The notes beneath the pieces are model-generated. The model was not told the DNA's origin and ran no database searches. It saw only the letters and a list, made by a program, of their open reading frames with translations. From Vibrio alginolyticus NBRC 15630 = ATCC 17749 (GTDB taxonomy: Bacteria; Pseudomonadota; Gammaproteobacteria; Enterobacterales; Vibrionaceae): a stretch of 32,000 bases of DNA. Below, piece by piece: positions 11,706 to 21,381 of the stretch. The position numbers and the translations under genes were made by a program. The DNA lies in contig NC_022349.1 of the NCBI RefSeq assembly GCF_000354175.2, positions 2,940,001-2,972,000 on the forward strand, in the 5' to 3' direction. The number at the start of each line of letters is the position of its first letter. The first letter of the stretch is position 1.

Positions 11706-13779
11706 CTGAATTTTGTTTTCTAGTTTGCTTTTCTATATTTTTAAGATAGTCATAGATAGCGATTTGAGAACGAACTTTTTTGCGATTACCTCGTGGTACG
11801 TAAGCGTTGCTCATTTCCTTATCTATAAAACGAGCCTTTACTGTATCGGTAAAATGGATATTCGTTATATCAATAATTCTCTGTTTCAAACGTGGATCAC
11901 GGACTGGCGCCGCCACCTCAATGCGGTGATCGATATTTCTTGTCATCCAGTCAGCAGAAGAGATATAGACTTGCGGATCGCCATCGTTATGGGTAATCAC
12001 CACGCGTGGGTGTTCCAAAAAGCGGTCAACAATACTGATGATGCGAATATTGTCGCTGATCCCCTCAATGCCCGGTACTAAGGAGCACATGCCGCGAATG
12101 ATCATATTTATTTTCACTCCCGCCGTACTTGCTCCATACAGCTTATTGACGATGCCTTTATCGACTAGGTTATTGACCTTGATCGTAAGAGCGGCTTTTT
12201 TCCCTAGCTTAGCATTCGCAATTTCATTATCAATTAAGCGGTAGATTTGGGTTCGAGAATTACGAGGAGATACCATAAGGTGATTGAACTTCACTGGTCG
12301 GTATGGGTTCTCAATGTAACCGAAGACATTACGGACTTCATTAGTGATTTCTTGATCTGCCGTAAGAAGGGAGAAGTCGGTATAAATTCGTGCCGTCTTC
12401 TCATGGAAGTTGCCTGTGCCGATGTGTGCGTAGCGAATAATTTCTTCACCTTCGCGTCGGCTAATCATCAGTAGCTTTGAGTGAATCTTAAGACCAGGCG
12501 CACCAAAGATGACGTGCACACCCGCTTCGGTTAATACTTTTGACCATTCGATATTGGCTTCTTCATCAAAGCGAGCTTGCAGTTCGACGACCACAGTGAC
12601 ATTTTTGCCGTTGTGCACTGCATCAATTAAAGAGTTCATCAAGCGAGAATCTTTCGCGACGCGATAAATGTTAATCTTGATACTAAGTACTTTGGGATCG
12701 AAGGAGGCTTGGCGCACTAACTCACTAATGTGGTCAAAAGTGTGGTAGGGATAATAGAGCAGAATATCTTTCGCTTTAATCGCGTCAAAGCTGTTGGCAT
12801 AACCTTCGAAATCGGCACATTTCATTGGCGGGAGAGGTTTATTTTCAAGATATTCTCGTCCAACATTTGGAAACCCGATGAAGTCTTTAAAGTTGTGATA
12901 GCGTCCGCCGGGGATAAGATTATCGTAGTTAGAGATATTAAGTTTGTTACACAGAAACTCTAACATTTGAGGCGGCATATCGCGTTCGTAGACGAAGCGA
13001 ACGGGCTTTGCTGTCAGTCGCTGATTGACACCCTCTGACATTTGTTCAAGCAAGCTGTACTCGATTTCATTGCGTAAATCGTATTCAGCGTCACGCGTCA
13101 TTTTCATCGCATAGCCGCTAAGCTCATCATAATCAAAAAAGCCTTTGAACAGCTCGTCCAAACAGTGGCGGATAATATTATCAAGTAAGATGATGGTTTT
13201 TCGACGCTTTCCTTTCTGTTCTGGTACCATCACAAAGCGGGGAAGGTGATCGGTCGGAATTTCGATCAGAGCGTACTGGTAATGTTCTTCTTTACGCAGT
13301 TCTACGGCGATGTAAGCGTACTCGTCTTTGAGAAATTGCAGAACATCGATCTCGTCTTTCATTAGGAGGGGAGTGATATGCGGCATTACCTCTCTACGGA
13401 AGTATTTCGCGATCCACTTTTGTTGCGATTCATCCAGTTGTTGCTCGTTGACCAAGAAAATGCGACGTCGCGCCATTTCTCGAATCAACTCGCTGTAAAG
13501 CTCATCAAATTGTTCGTTAAGCTTTAGTGCTTTCGACTGCATTTTGGTTAACAGTCGTTTAGGGCTATCACTGCCACCGCGCTCTTGGCTGATTAGGATT
13601 CTGCGCTTCACGTCCGCAAAGCGTACTTTGTAAAATTCATCTAAATTGTTGGAAAAGATCCCAAGAAAGCGAATACGTTCGATCAAAGGGACGGTTTTAT
13701 CGGCAGCTTCTTGTAATACTCGTTCGTTGAAAGACAACCAACTCAGCTCTTTTTCTATATATAGTTTTTCTGCGCTCAT
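11689..13779 (-). CDS. ppk: Polyphosphate kinase 1
   Basis: 696 aa. It begins [19 protein letters not shown] and carries the PLD-like HSKLLMI motif and the autophosphorylated His region typical of PPK1. Confidence 0.95.
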   Translation of the reverse strand: MSAEKLYIEKELSWLSFNERVLQEAADKTVPLIERIRFLGIFSNNLDEFYKVRFADVKRRILISQERGGSDSPKRLLTKMQSKALKLNEQFDELYSELIREMARRRIFLVNEQQLDESQQKWIAKYFRREVMPHITPLLMKDEIDVLQFLKDEYAYIAVELRKEEHYQYALIEIPTDHLPRFVMVPEQKGKRRKTIILLDNIIRHCLDELFKGFFDYDELSGYAMKMTRDAEYDLRNEIEYSLLEQMSEGVNQRLTAKPVRFVYERDMPPQMLEFLCNKLNISNYDNLIPGGRYHNFKDFIGFPNVGREYLENKPLPPMKCADFEGYANSFDAIKAKDILLYYPYHTFDHISELVRQASFDPKVLSIKINIYRVAKDSRLMNSLIDAVHNGKNVTVVVELQARFDEEANIEWSKVLTEAGVHVIFGAPGLKIHSKLLMISRREGEEIIRYAHIGTGNFHEKTARIYTDFSLLTADQEITNEVRNVFGYIENPYRPVKFNHLMVSPRNSRTQIYRLIDNEIANAKLGKKAALTIKVNNLVDKGIVNKLYGASTAGVKINMIIRGMCSLVPGIEGISDNIRIISIVDRFLEHPRVVITHNDGDPQVYISSADWMTRNIDHRIEVAAPVRDPRLKQRIIDITNIHFTDTVKARFIDKEMSNAYVPRGNRKKVRSQIAIYDYLKNIEKQTRKQNSDASNT

Positions 13780-13856
13780 AACCTTACCTAGCCAAAAGTG
13801 AAGTATTACGTACTCATCTTGGAAAAATGGATGAGTGAGAACATTATGAGATTTTC

Positions 13857-13874
13857 ATTACAGATTTATTTCAT
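13857..13874 (-). promoter_or_regulatory. Candidate Pho box for the ppk-ppx promoter
   Basis: The minus strand reads ATGAAAT-AAAT-CTGTAAT (7-4-7 direct-repeat geometry), followed after 10 nt by TAATGT (the complement of 13841-13846) as a possible -10. The match to consensus is only moderate. Confidence 0.4.
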
Positions 13875-13922
13875 ACCACGCATTGCATAAGAGTTGTATT
13901 CTTTTCAGGTGTTTAATGTGAT

Positions 13923-13940
13923 CTGTAATATAATTGTCAT
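13923..13940 (+). promoter_or_regulatory. Pho box of the pstCAB-phoU promoter
   Basis: CTGTAAT-ATAA-TTGTCAT, followed 10 bp later by TATTCT (13951-13956) as the -10. This is the canonical Pho-promoter arrangement, ~45 nt upstream of the pstC ATG. Confidence 0.6.
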
Positions 13941-13986
13941 CTTAACGACATATTCTAGTACTAAGTCAAAAAAGGTAGAGATATAA

Positions 13987-16191
13987 ATGGCACAAGCCGA
14001 GTTTTCATTGCAGGAAAAAGATAAGAAACGACTGATAAAAGATCGTTTAGTTCGACTTGCAGTGACATCCGGTGGTGTCGGCGTACTCGCGGCGCTTATT
14101 TTGATCTTTGTCTACCTCGCCATGGTGATCATTCCGCTTTTTTCTGATGCGGAGATCAAAACCAACCAAGCCATTCGAGCCACTCATATTGAAACACCAC
14201 TTGCGATTTCAGTGGATGATTACGCTCAGCTCGCGTTCGTTCTAACCCAAAGTGGTGAGATTCAATATTTGTCGATGGACGATCCTACGAAACCTGCGGT
14301 GTATACACAGCAAATCGCCCAGAAACCCGTCGCTTTCTCTCAATCTGCTCCTGGGCTAGGTTGGTATGGATTTGTTGATGGGCAGGGTAAAGCGAACCTT
14401 TTCAAGCCAGAATTTAATGCTACATTGAGAGAAAATACACGTCCTCCGGAAGTGATTGAGCTAGACACCAGCATGGATCTGACACTAAGTACGCCTCAAG
14501 ATCCTGTGACTCAGTTTGTATTTGCAGCTTCGACGCCCTTACCAACGGTTGTTTGGCAGACGCAAAGTGGTGAAGTGAAAGCTCGCTGGCAAGTGGCTTC
14601 GTCTTTGGGTACGTCTCCTACAACGATCGATTTTACGTTCTCTTCAGGCTTTAATACGCCTCAGCAAATGTTGTTGACACCTGACGGTGAAACGCTTTAT
14701 TTGCGCGATGGCTCTGAGTTGATCGTGTTAAAGAAAACCGCACGTAAATTTGCTGTGCGAGAGGTGGTCGATCTCACTCAAGGTGATAAGAAGCATTCCG
14801 TTCGTACGATAGACTTATTGGCTGGTGCTTACTCGCTTTTGGTGACGCACAACGATGGTCGGGTGTCGCAATGGTTTGATACGCTGCAAGAAGAAAAACG
14901 CACGTTAACGCATATTCGTGATTTTAAATTGGCATCAGAGCTTAAGTATTTGTTGCCGGATTCTCATCGAAAAGGATTTTATAGCTTTTACACCAACGGC
15001 ACGTTGCAAAGCCATTATACAACCAGTGAAAAACTGGTGTTGTTTAAGCGTGCGTACAATCAAGCGCCCGCAATCGCAGCAATGTCTAACAATGAACGCT
15101 ACTTAATCACTTGGCAAAATAATGCGTTAAATGTTGCGGAAGTGGACAATGCCTATCCGGAAGTTTCATTGTCTTCATTATGGCAAGAAGTGTGGTACGA
15201 AGGGTATCCTGAGCCTGAATTTGTGTGGCAATCGACTTCGGCGAGCGATAACTTTGAGGCTAAGTTCAGCCTAGTACCTATTGCGTTTGGAACGATAAAA
15301 GCGGCGATGTTTGCGATGCTGTTTTCAGTACCGCTCGCAGTGCTAGGTGCTATTTATACGGCTTACTTTATGTCGCCACGCATGCGTCGTGTAGTAAAAC
15401 CGTCGATTGAGCTAATGGAAGCACTGCCGACGGTGATCATAGGTTTCCTCGCGGGATTGTGGTTCGCGCCTATTGTCGAAGATCATTTGATTACGATCGT
15501 CGTTATGCTGTTTGTTTTGCCCTTGAGCACCATGATTATGGGCGGGCTATGGGCATTAATACCGCAACCTTTGCGGAATCGTCTGCCTAATGGTTGGCAT
15601 GCTTTAGTGCTCATGCCTGTCATATTGGTACTGATTGGGCTTGGAGTGTGGATTTCGCCTACGATTGAGCAGACGTTCTTTGGTGGCGATATGCGCTTAT
15701 TCTTAACCGAGCATGGTATTGGTTACGATCAACGCAATGCATTGGTGGTGGGGTTAGCGATGGGGTTTGCTGTTATCCCGACGATTTTTACCATTGCCGA
15801 AGATGCCATTTTCTCTGTACCGAAGCATTTATCGGATGGCTCTTTGGCATTAGGGGCCACGCCTTGGCAAACTTTAATCTATGTTGTCTTGCTTACTGCA
15901 AGCCCAGGTATTTTTTCTGCCATTATGATGGGCCTGGGACGCGCTGTTGGCGAAACCATGATTGTATTAATGGCAACGGGCAATACGCCATTAATGGATT
16001 GGAATATTTTGGAAGGATTGCGCAGCCTGTCGGCGACCATCGCCGTTGAGTTGCCAGAGTCGGAAGTTGGAAGTTCGCATTATCGCCTGCTGTTCCTAGC
16101 TGCATTGATTTTATTTGTGTTTACGTTTGCAGTAAACGCGCTTGCGGAGTGGGTTCGTCAGAGACTGAGAGATAAGTACCGTGCGTTGTAA
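13987..16191 (+). CDS. pstC: Phosphate ABC transporter permease PstC, long form with N-terminal TM anchor and ~375-aa periplasmic domain
   Basis: 734 aa. The C-terminal ~300 aa form the PstC core, including the EAA-type loop SLALGATPWQT. The N-terminal ~430 aa (TM at aa 21-52, then a soluble domain) are absent from the 319-aa E. coli PstC. Confidence 0.9.
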   Translation: MAQAEFSLQEKDKKRLIKDRLVRLAVTSGGVGVLAALILIFVYLAMVIIPLFSDAEIKTNQAIRATHIETPLAISVDDYAQLAFVLTQSGEIQYLSMDDPTKPAVYTQQIAQKPVAFSQSAPGLGWYGFVDGQGKANLFKPEFNATLRENTRPPEVIELDTSMDLTLSTPQDPVTQFVFAASTPLPTVVWQTQSGEVKARWQVASSLGTSPTTIDFTFSSGFNTPQQMLLTPDGETLYLRDGSELIVLKKTARKFAVREVVDLTQGDKKHSVRTIDLLAGAYSLLVTHNDGRVSQWFDTLQEEKRTLTHIRDFKLASELKYLLPDSHRKGFYSFYTNGTLQSHYTTSEKLVLFKRAYNQAPAIAAMSNNERYLITWQNNALNVAEVDNAYPEVSLSSLWQEVWYEGYPEPEFVWQSTSASDNFEAKFSLVPIAFGTIKAAMFAMLFSVPLAVLGAIYTAYFMSPRMRRVVKPSIELMEALPTVIIGFLAGLWFAPIVEDHLITIVVMLFVLPLSTMIMGGLWALIPQPLRNRLPNGWHALVLMPVILVLIGLGVWISPTIEQTFFGGDMRLFLTEHGIGYDQRNALVVGLAMGFAVIPTIFTIAEDAIFSVPKHLSDGSLALGATPWQTLIYVVLLTASPGIFSAIMMGLGRAVGETMIVLMATGNTPLMDWNILEGLRSLSATIAVELPESEVGSSHYRLLFLAALILFVFTFAVNALAEWVRQRLRDKYRAL

Positions 16192-16221
16192 TAATGGTTT
16201 GAATAAAGAGCGAGTAATAAC

Positions 16222-17895
16222 GTGTTAAATTGGATTCGTTCTGGCGCACCGTGGATATGGCTAACAGGCGGTGCAGTCAGCATCAGTTTGTTGTCGGTAT
16301 TAGGGTTGTTACTCCTTATCGGCTGGAAAGGCCTGACTTACTTTTGGCCAGCGCCCTTGTATCAGTGGAATGTTGCAGCGCTGACACCTGTACAAGGCGA
16401 AGTGCTACATGAAAATACTATTCTGATTGGTCAAGTGTATGAGCGCAGCTTTGTACCGAAGAGTTATTTGCCTGAAAGCGCAGCACAACAGTTAGAAGAC
16501 GATGAAGATTTTGCCACGCGACTCAGTATCAAAATCGCCAACCGAGAGTTGTATCCCGCCGATTTTATCTCCGTATTGCAAATGCAGTTGGATGAGCCCA
16601 CGACGCCAGAAGAGTGGGCGGTGATAGAGCGCAGTAGCGGTGGTTATTTCTTTGGTAAGCTGGTGGCGTTTCAAGATGGCGATAATATATACACCAGTGA
16701 TATTCAATCGATACTAAATAAAAAGCTTGATGATGCAGAAACTCTGCGCCATGAGATTGATTCTTTGGTGGTCGATCAGCTTAAAGAGCTTGGTTGGAAG
16801 CTAGAGCAGTTGCGATTAGAAAAGCGCAAGCATGAATTGAATGACACGCTGACAGAAAGCTTCTTAAAGGAAAATCAGACGAAAAAAGAGCAGATAGAAA
16901 AAGCGCTTGCGACGTTAGATTTGCAACTTGATGGTTTACGACTTCAGCTCTCTGACTATGCCTTGATTGCCGAGGATATGACGGGGTCACAAGTATCGAT
17001 TCCGCTCGAAGACATTTTGGACTACTGGTATCCAAACCAAATGTCACTGCCTGATAAAGTCATGCATTGGGGAAAACAGGTTTGGAAGTTTTTATCTGAA
17101 GATCCAAGAGAGTCTAACTCCGAAGGAGGCGTGTTCCCTGCGATATTTGGTACGGTTTTCTTAGTACTCATCATGTCGATCATTGTGATGCCACTCGGGG
17201 TGATCGCCGCTATCTATCTACATGAATACGCTAAGAATAATGCTCTAACCAGAGTTATTCGTATTGCGGTTATAAACCTAGCGGGTGTTCCATCGATTGT
17301 TTATGGCGTGTTTGGTTTAGGTTTCTTCGTTTATACGATTGGTGCCTCTATCGACAACGTATTCTATGCGGAGAAGTTACCGGCACCAACCTTTGGTACG
17401 CCGGGTTTGTTATGGTCAGCACTAACTCTTGCCGTGCTGACGCTTCCAGTTGTGATTGTGACGACAGAAGAAGGTTTAACTCGAATTCCGAGCTCCGTAC
17501 GACATGGCTCTCTGGCACTTGGTGCAACTCAGTTCGAAACGCTATGGCGCGTGGTTTTGCCTATGGCGACGCCAGCTATTATCACAGGTTTGATCCTTGC
17601 GATTGCGCGTGCAGCTGGCGAAGTAGCGCCACTGATGCTGGTGGGGGTCGTGAAATTGGCATCCAGTTTACCGGTTGACGGACAATTCCCTTATGTGCAT
17701 TTGGATAGAAAGTTCATGCATTTAGGTTTTCACATTTACGATGTTGGCTTTCAAACCTCCAACATCGAAGCGGCGCGACCATTAGTTTATGCCACCTCTT
17801 TCTTACTCGTGACAGTGATTGTCGGGCTAAACTTAACAGCAATCAGTATTCGCAATAATTTACGAGAAAAATACAGAACGTTAGGACAAGATTAA
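16222..17895 (+). CDS. pstA: Phosphate ABC transporter permease PstA, long form with ~270-aa periplasmic insert
   Basis: 557 aa with a GTG start and GAGCGAG 6 nt upstream. The PstA core runs from ~aa 305 and includes the EAA loop [19 protein letters not shown]. The insert between TM1 (aa 10-35) and the core contains a heptad-like charged stretch (aa ~163-245). Confidence 0.9.
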   Translation: MLNWIRSGAPWIWLTGGAVSISLLSVLGLLLLIGWKGLTYFWPAPLYQWNVAALTPVQGEVLHENTILIGQVYERSFVPKSYLPESAAQQLEDDEDFATRLSIKIANRELYPADFISVLQMQLDEPTTPEEWAVIERSSGGYFFGKLVAFQDGDNIYTSDIQSILNKKLDDAETLRHEIDSLVVDQLKELGWKLEQLRLEKRKHELNDTLTESFLKENQTKKEQIEKALATLDLQLDGLRLQLSDYALIAEDMTGSQVSIPLEDILDYWYPNQMSLPDKVMHWGKQVWKFLSEDPRESNSEGGVFPAIFGTVFLVLIMSIIVMPLGVIAAIYLHEYAKNNALTRVIRIAVINLAGVPSIVYGVFGLGFFVYTIGASIDNVFYAEKLPAPTFGTPGLLWSALTLAVLTLPVVIVTTEEGLTRIPSSVRHGSLALGATQFETLWRVVLPMATPAIITGLILAIARAAGEVAPLMLVGVVKLASSLPVDGQFPYVHLDRKFMHLGFHIYDVGFQTSNIEAARPLVYATSFLLVTVIVGLNLTAISIRNNLREKYRTLGQD

Positions 17896-17897
17896 GT

Positions 17898-18716
17898 ATG
17901 TTTAATTTTGATAGTACATTAGGTTATGAGCCACCATTGGACGTTCATAATTTAACGGATGAACAAACAGCAATCTCAATCGAGAACCTTAATCTGTTCT
18001 ATGGTCAAACTCAGGCGCTGCATGATATTTCGATGCAAATTCCCAAAGGGCGAGTCACCGCTTTTATCGGTCCTTCAGGGTGTGGAAAGTCGACGTTATT
18101 ACGTTGCATCAATCGCATGAACGACTTAGTGGAAGGGTGTCGAGTCACAGGCAAAGTACGTCTACATGGCAAGAATGTTTATCATCCCAATGTCGATGTT
18201 GCGACACTTCGACGCCGAGTGGGGATGGTGTTTCAAAGACCCAATCCATTTCCTAAGTCTATTTATGAAAATGTAGTTTATGGCTTACGCTTACAAGGTG
18301 TAAAAAACAGCCGCAGTTTAGATGACGCAGTGGAGCGATCCTTGCGCTCGGCGGCGTTGTGGGATGAGGTAAAAGACCGCTTGCATGAGAACGCATTTGG
18401 CTTATCTGGTGGTCAGCAACAGCGCTTGGTCATTGCGCGCGCGGTGGCGATTGAGCCGGAAGTCCTGTTATTGGACGAGCCAACATCAGCGTTGGATCCA
18501 ATCTCAACTTTAACTATTGAAGAGCTTATCAATGAGCTGAAGACTCAATATACTGTCGTTATCGTTACCCATAACATGCAACAAGCGGCGCGAGTGAGTG
18601 ATCATACTGCATTCATTCATATGGGGAAGTTAATTGAATACTCTGACGCGGACTCGATCTTCACCTCGCCAATGAAGAAGCAGACCGAAGATTACATTAC
18701 GGGTCGCTACGGTTAA
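17898..18716 (+). CDS. pstB: Phosphate ABC transporter ATP-binding protein PstB
   Basis: 272 aa with Walker [10 protein letters not shown], the signature LSGGQQQRL, and Walker [12 protein letters not shown]. Confidence 0.95.
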   Translation: MFNFDSTLGYEPPLDVHNLTDEQTAISIENLNLFYGQTQALHDISMQIPKGRVTAFIGPSGCGKSTLLRCINRMNDLVEGCRVTGKVRLHGKNVYHPNVDVATLRRRVGMVFQRPNPFPKSIYENVVYGLRLQGVKNSRSLDDAVERSLRSAALWDEVKDRLHENAFGLSGGQQQRLVIARAVAIEPEVLLLDEPTSALDPISTLTIEELINELKTQYTVVIVTHNMQQAARVSDHTAFIHMGKLIEYSDADSIFTSPMKKQTEDYITGRYG

Positions 18717-18746
18717 GTCGCGACTCTATACGGAATAAGGAACATC

Positions 18747-19445
18747 ATGCACTTTGGACGTCATATTTCAGGACAATTTAACGTAGAGCTAGAATCGATT
18801 CGTACTCATGTATTAACCATGGGAGGCTTGGTAGAACAGCAGCTTTCGTATGCTATTCAAGCCTTGCATAAAGAAGACATCGAACTGGCGCGTAAGGTTG
18901 TGCGTGACGATCATAAAGTGAATGCGATGGAAGTCTCGATCGATGACGCTTGTACACGCATTATTGCTAAGCGTCAGCCAACGGCAAAAGACTTGCGCTT
19001 AATCATGGCTATCATCAAAACGATCACTGATTTAGAACGTATCGGTGACGTGGCGACACGTATTGCTTACGTTGCCATTGAAAGCCCATCATCAAAAGAA
19101 CGACAATTCCAAGTGTCGTTAGAGCCTCTCTGCCGTCAGGCAATTAATATGCTGCATCAGGTTTTAGACGCGTTTGCCCGTATGGATGTAGAAGCGGCAG
19201 CAGAGGTGCACAAACAAGATGACAAACTAGACGCCGAGTATGAAGCGGTGATTCGTCAGTTGATGACTTACATGATGGAAGATCCAAAAAATATCCCTAA
19301 TATTCTGCAAGTGATGTGGTCTGCACGCGCGATTGAACGCGTGGGGGACCGCTGCCAGAACATCTGTGAATACATTATTTACTTTGTGAAAGGGAAAGAT
19401 GTACGCCACCTAGGTGATCAAAGTATTGATGACGTACTGAAGTAA
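18747..19445 (+). CDS. phoU: Phosphate signalling modulator PhoU
   Basis: 232 aa with the two PhoU repeats, including the ERIGD motifs ([20 protein letters not shown]). Confidence 0.95.
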   Translation: MHFGRHISGQFNVELESIRTHVLTMGGLVEQQLSYAIQALHKEDIELARKVVRDDHKVNAMEVSIDDACTRIIAKRQPTAKDLRLIMAIIKTITDLERIGDVATRIAYVAIESPSSKERQFQVSLEPLCRQAINMLHQVLDAFARMDVEAAAEVHKQDDKLDAEYEAVIRQLMTYMMEDPKNIPNILQVMWSARAIERVGDRCQNICEYIIYFVKGKDVRHLGDQSIDDVLK

Positions 19446-19456
19446 CTGACTTCAAC

Positions 19457-19490
19457 AAATAGACCAGCTTTTAGGCTGGCCTATTTATTA
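19457..19490. terminator. Shared terminator between convergent phoU and ppk2
   Basis: Imperfect stem AAATAGACCAGC / GCTGGCCTATTT (one mismatch) with loop TTTTAG. T-rich runs follow on both strands. Confidence 0.6.
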
Positions 19491-19507
19491 GAGAGAAGGA
19501 AAGCACG

Positions 19508-20284
19508 TTAATATTTATCAGGAACGAAGGTCTGATCATCAATGGGCGCTCTGACGTAACCTTCTTTATTGAGTTCAGGTAATTCGATGGGTGAGTACTC
19601 AAGTGCTTTGTAATCAATCTGGCTTAGTAAATGACTGATACAGTTCAAGCGCGCTTTTTTTTTGTCATCAGAAGGGACGACCCACCAAGGGCAGTTTTTC
19701 GTGTCTGTATAGGCAAACATCTTATCTTTTGCTTCCGAATACTCCGCCCAGCGATGACGTGACTCTAAATCCATTGGGCTGAATTTCCAACGTTTGATCG
19801 GCGTATTAATTCGACCTAGAAAACGTTTTTCCTGCTCTTCGTCTGAAACCGAAAACCAATACTTGATCAGAATAATCCCAGATCGTTGCAACATTCTCTC
19901 GAATTCAGGGCAAGAGCGTAAAAACTCCTCGTATTCGTCTGGAGTACAGAACCCCATGACTTTTTCGACACCTGCTCGGTTATACCAACTTCGGTCAAAT
20001 AAAACGATTTCACCAGCAGATGGTAAATGAGCGACGTAACGTTGGAAGTACCATTGCGTTTTTTCTTTTTCGGTCGGTGCAGGCAGAGCCACTACGCGAC
20101 AAACACGCGGGTTTAGCTTTTCTGTAATTCGCTTTATCACTCCGCCTTTGCCCGCAGCATCACGGCCTTCAAACAGAACCACCACTTTTAACCCTTTGTG
20201 TTTGACCCACTCTTGAAGTTTTACGAGCTCAACTTGAAGGTTTTTGAGCTCCTTTTCGTATTCCTTTTTCTTCAATTTAGACAT
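19508..20284 (-). CDS. ppk2: Polyphosphate kinase 2 (PPK2) family protein
   Basis: Walker A GRDAAGKGG, plus the motifs FDRSWYNR and PWWVVPSDDKKKARLN, are typical of single-domain PPK2. I place the start at MSKLKKKEY (ATG at 20284, RBS AGGAAAGG) rather than at the ORF-track start of 20323. Confidence 0.88.
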   Translation of the reverse strand: MSKLKKKEYEKELKNLQVELVKLQEWVKHKGLKVVVLFEGRDAAGKGGVIKRITEKLNPRVCRVVALPAPTEKEKTQWYFQRYVAHLPSAGEIVLFDRSWYNRAGVEKVMGFCTPDEYEEFLRSCPEFERMLQRSGIILIKYWFSVSDEEQEKRFLGRINTPIKRWKFSPMDLESRHRWAEYSEAKDKMFAYTDTKNCPWWVVPSDDKKKARLNCISHLLSQIDYKALEYSPIELPELNKEGYVRAPIDDQTFVPDKY

Positions 20285-20354
20285 ACACCTTTCCTCACTC
20301 CTTGATAAACAATATGTTAGCACTCAAAAGCTATGCGCGTGAGGTTACGGTGGT

Positions 20355-21104
20355 CTATTTGAGAGTTGCTACGACATCGGTTATGGCTTGTGTACTTGTG
20401 ATGGGGATTAAAAAATCATCGACATCGGATGCGCCCATTTTGCTTTGTTCAGCAACAAAGGTCATTTGGCTAGGGCGTGTGGTTTTGCCTGACAGATGGA
20501 TTTCAGGAACTTGAGTGTCTTCTACTAACGCACGTACGTTACTCGCATTAACGCCAGCCCCCGCCATGATTGCTATGCGTCCTTGGGCTTGCTTAACCAA
20601 AGCTCTAAGCACATCGATCCCTTGTGGTGCTGAAGGCGCAAGACCGGAGGTTAAAATACGTTCACAACCTAAGCTGATCAGTTCTTCCAAAGTTTTTTCA
20701 GCGTCACGACACTGGTCAAAGGCACGATGGAAGGTCACGCCTAAGCCAAGCGCTTGAGCAAATTCACACAGCGCAGCCGCGTAAGGCATATGAATATCAC
20801 CGTCTTGAGTGAGCACGCCGAACACGACACCGCTCAAGCCTGATTGGTGAGCCGCTTCAATATCCCAACGCATCATTTCGATCTCTTCTTCATTGTAGAA
20901 GAAGTCACCTTGGCGTGGGCGGATCATGGCATAAACTGGAACACTCGAAAGCTTAGCCGCTTGCTGCATAAAACCATAACTGGGTGTTAGTCCGCCTAAA
21001 GCCAAAGAGGAGCAAAGTTCAATCCGAGTGGCGCCGCCAGCAATGGCGTAGTGCAGAGATTCAATATTATCGATACAGACTTCTAGGTGAGTAACCACGT
21101 TCAT
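20355..21104 (-). CDS. cutC: Copper homeostasis protein CutC (TIM-barrel)
   Basis: 249 aa. It has an [11 protein letters not shown]...[12 protein letters not shown]-terminus, a [11 protein letters not shown] motif and a VTFHRAFD motif, all typical of CutC. Confidence 0.9.
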   Translation of the reverse strand: MNVVTHLEVCIDNIESLHYAIAGGATRIELCSSLALGGLTPSYGFMQQAAKLSSVPVYAMIRPRQGDFFYNEEEIEMMRWDIEAAHQSGLSGVVFGVLTQDGDIHMPYAAALCEFAQALGLGVTFHRAFDQCRDAEKTLEELISLGCERILTSGLAPSAPQGIDVLRALVKQAQGRIAIMAGAGVNASNVRALVEDTQVPEIHLSGKTTRPSQMTFVAEQSKMGASDVDDFLIPITSTQAITDVVATLK

Positions 21105-21242
21105 TTATCCTGCTAACGTTACAAATAGGTGTTGTGGCTAAGATATTAACAGGGCAAGTAAGCAGAATCTGTATGGAGGGGATGATAAATATAGGTAAAG
21201 TTTACGCTAAAGCGTTACCTCATTTTGGCGGTTTATCTGAAG

Positions 21243-21275
21243 GAAAAAGAAAGCCCAGAGCAGAGGCTCTGGGCT
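21243..21275 (-). terminator. Rho-independent terminator ~107 nt downstream of the peroxiredoxin gene
   Basis: 10-bp stem AGCCCAGAGC / GCTCTGGGCT (21252-21261 / 21266-21275) with loop AGAG. On the minus strand it is followed by TTCTTTTTCC. Confidence 0.65.
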
Positions 21276-21381
21276 TTGATAGGACTTTACTTAGACTGAT
21301 TGGCGTTTGCGGTTTTCCGCATTAGCTTTTTGCTTTATATACATCCAACCATCACACCCGTTGAGCTAGGGTGAAGGTCTA

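Noticed and set aside
10735-13000. Multiple 60-120 aa ORFs antisense to ppx and ppk (e.g. 10735..11040, 11047..11313, 11713..12081, 12247..12474, 12730..12963).
   Set aside because: They are embedded opposite strongly supported long genes and have no RBS. Their low-complexity composition is typical of antisense frames.
20285-20323. The 13-codon N-terminal extension of ppk2 in the ORF track (MLTYCLSRSEERC).
   Set aside because: The internal ATG at 20284 has a good RBS (AGGAAAGG), and homologous PPK2 proteins begin near MSKLKKKEY. The extension is probably untranslated.
20293-20344. CCTCAC / GTGAGG complementarity that could occlude the ppk2 Shine-Dalgarno.
   Set aside because: There are only 6 bp with a ~40-nt loop and no flanking extension, which is within chance expectation.
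21134-21325. A 63-aa plus-strand ORF between cutC and the peroxiredoxin gene.
   Set aside because: It spans the prx terminator hairpin, has no RBS and has an odd composition. The region is better explained as the prx 3' UTR plus the cutC promoter.
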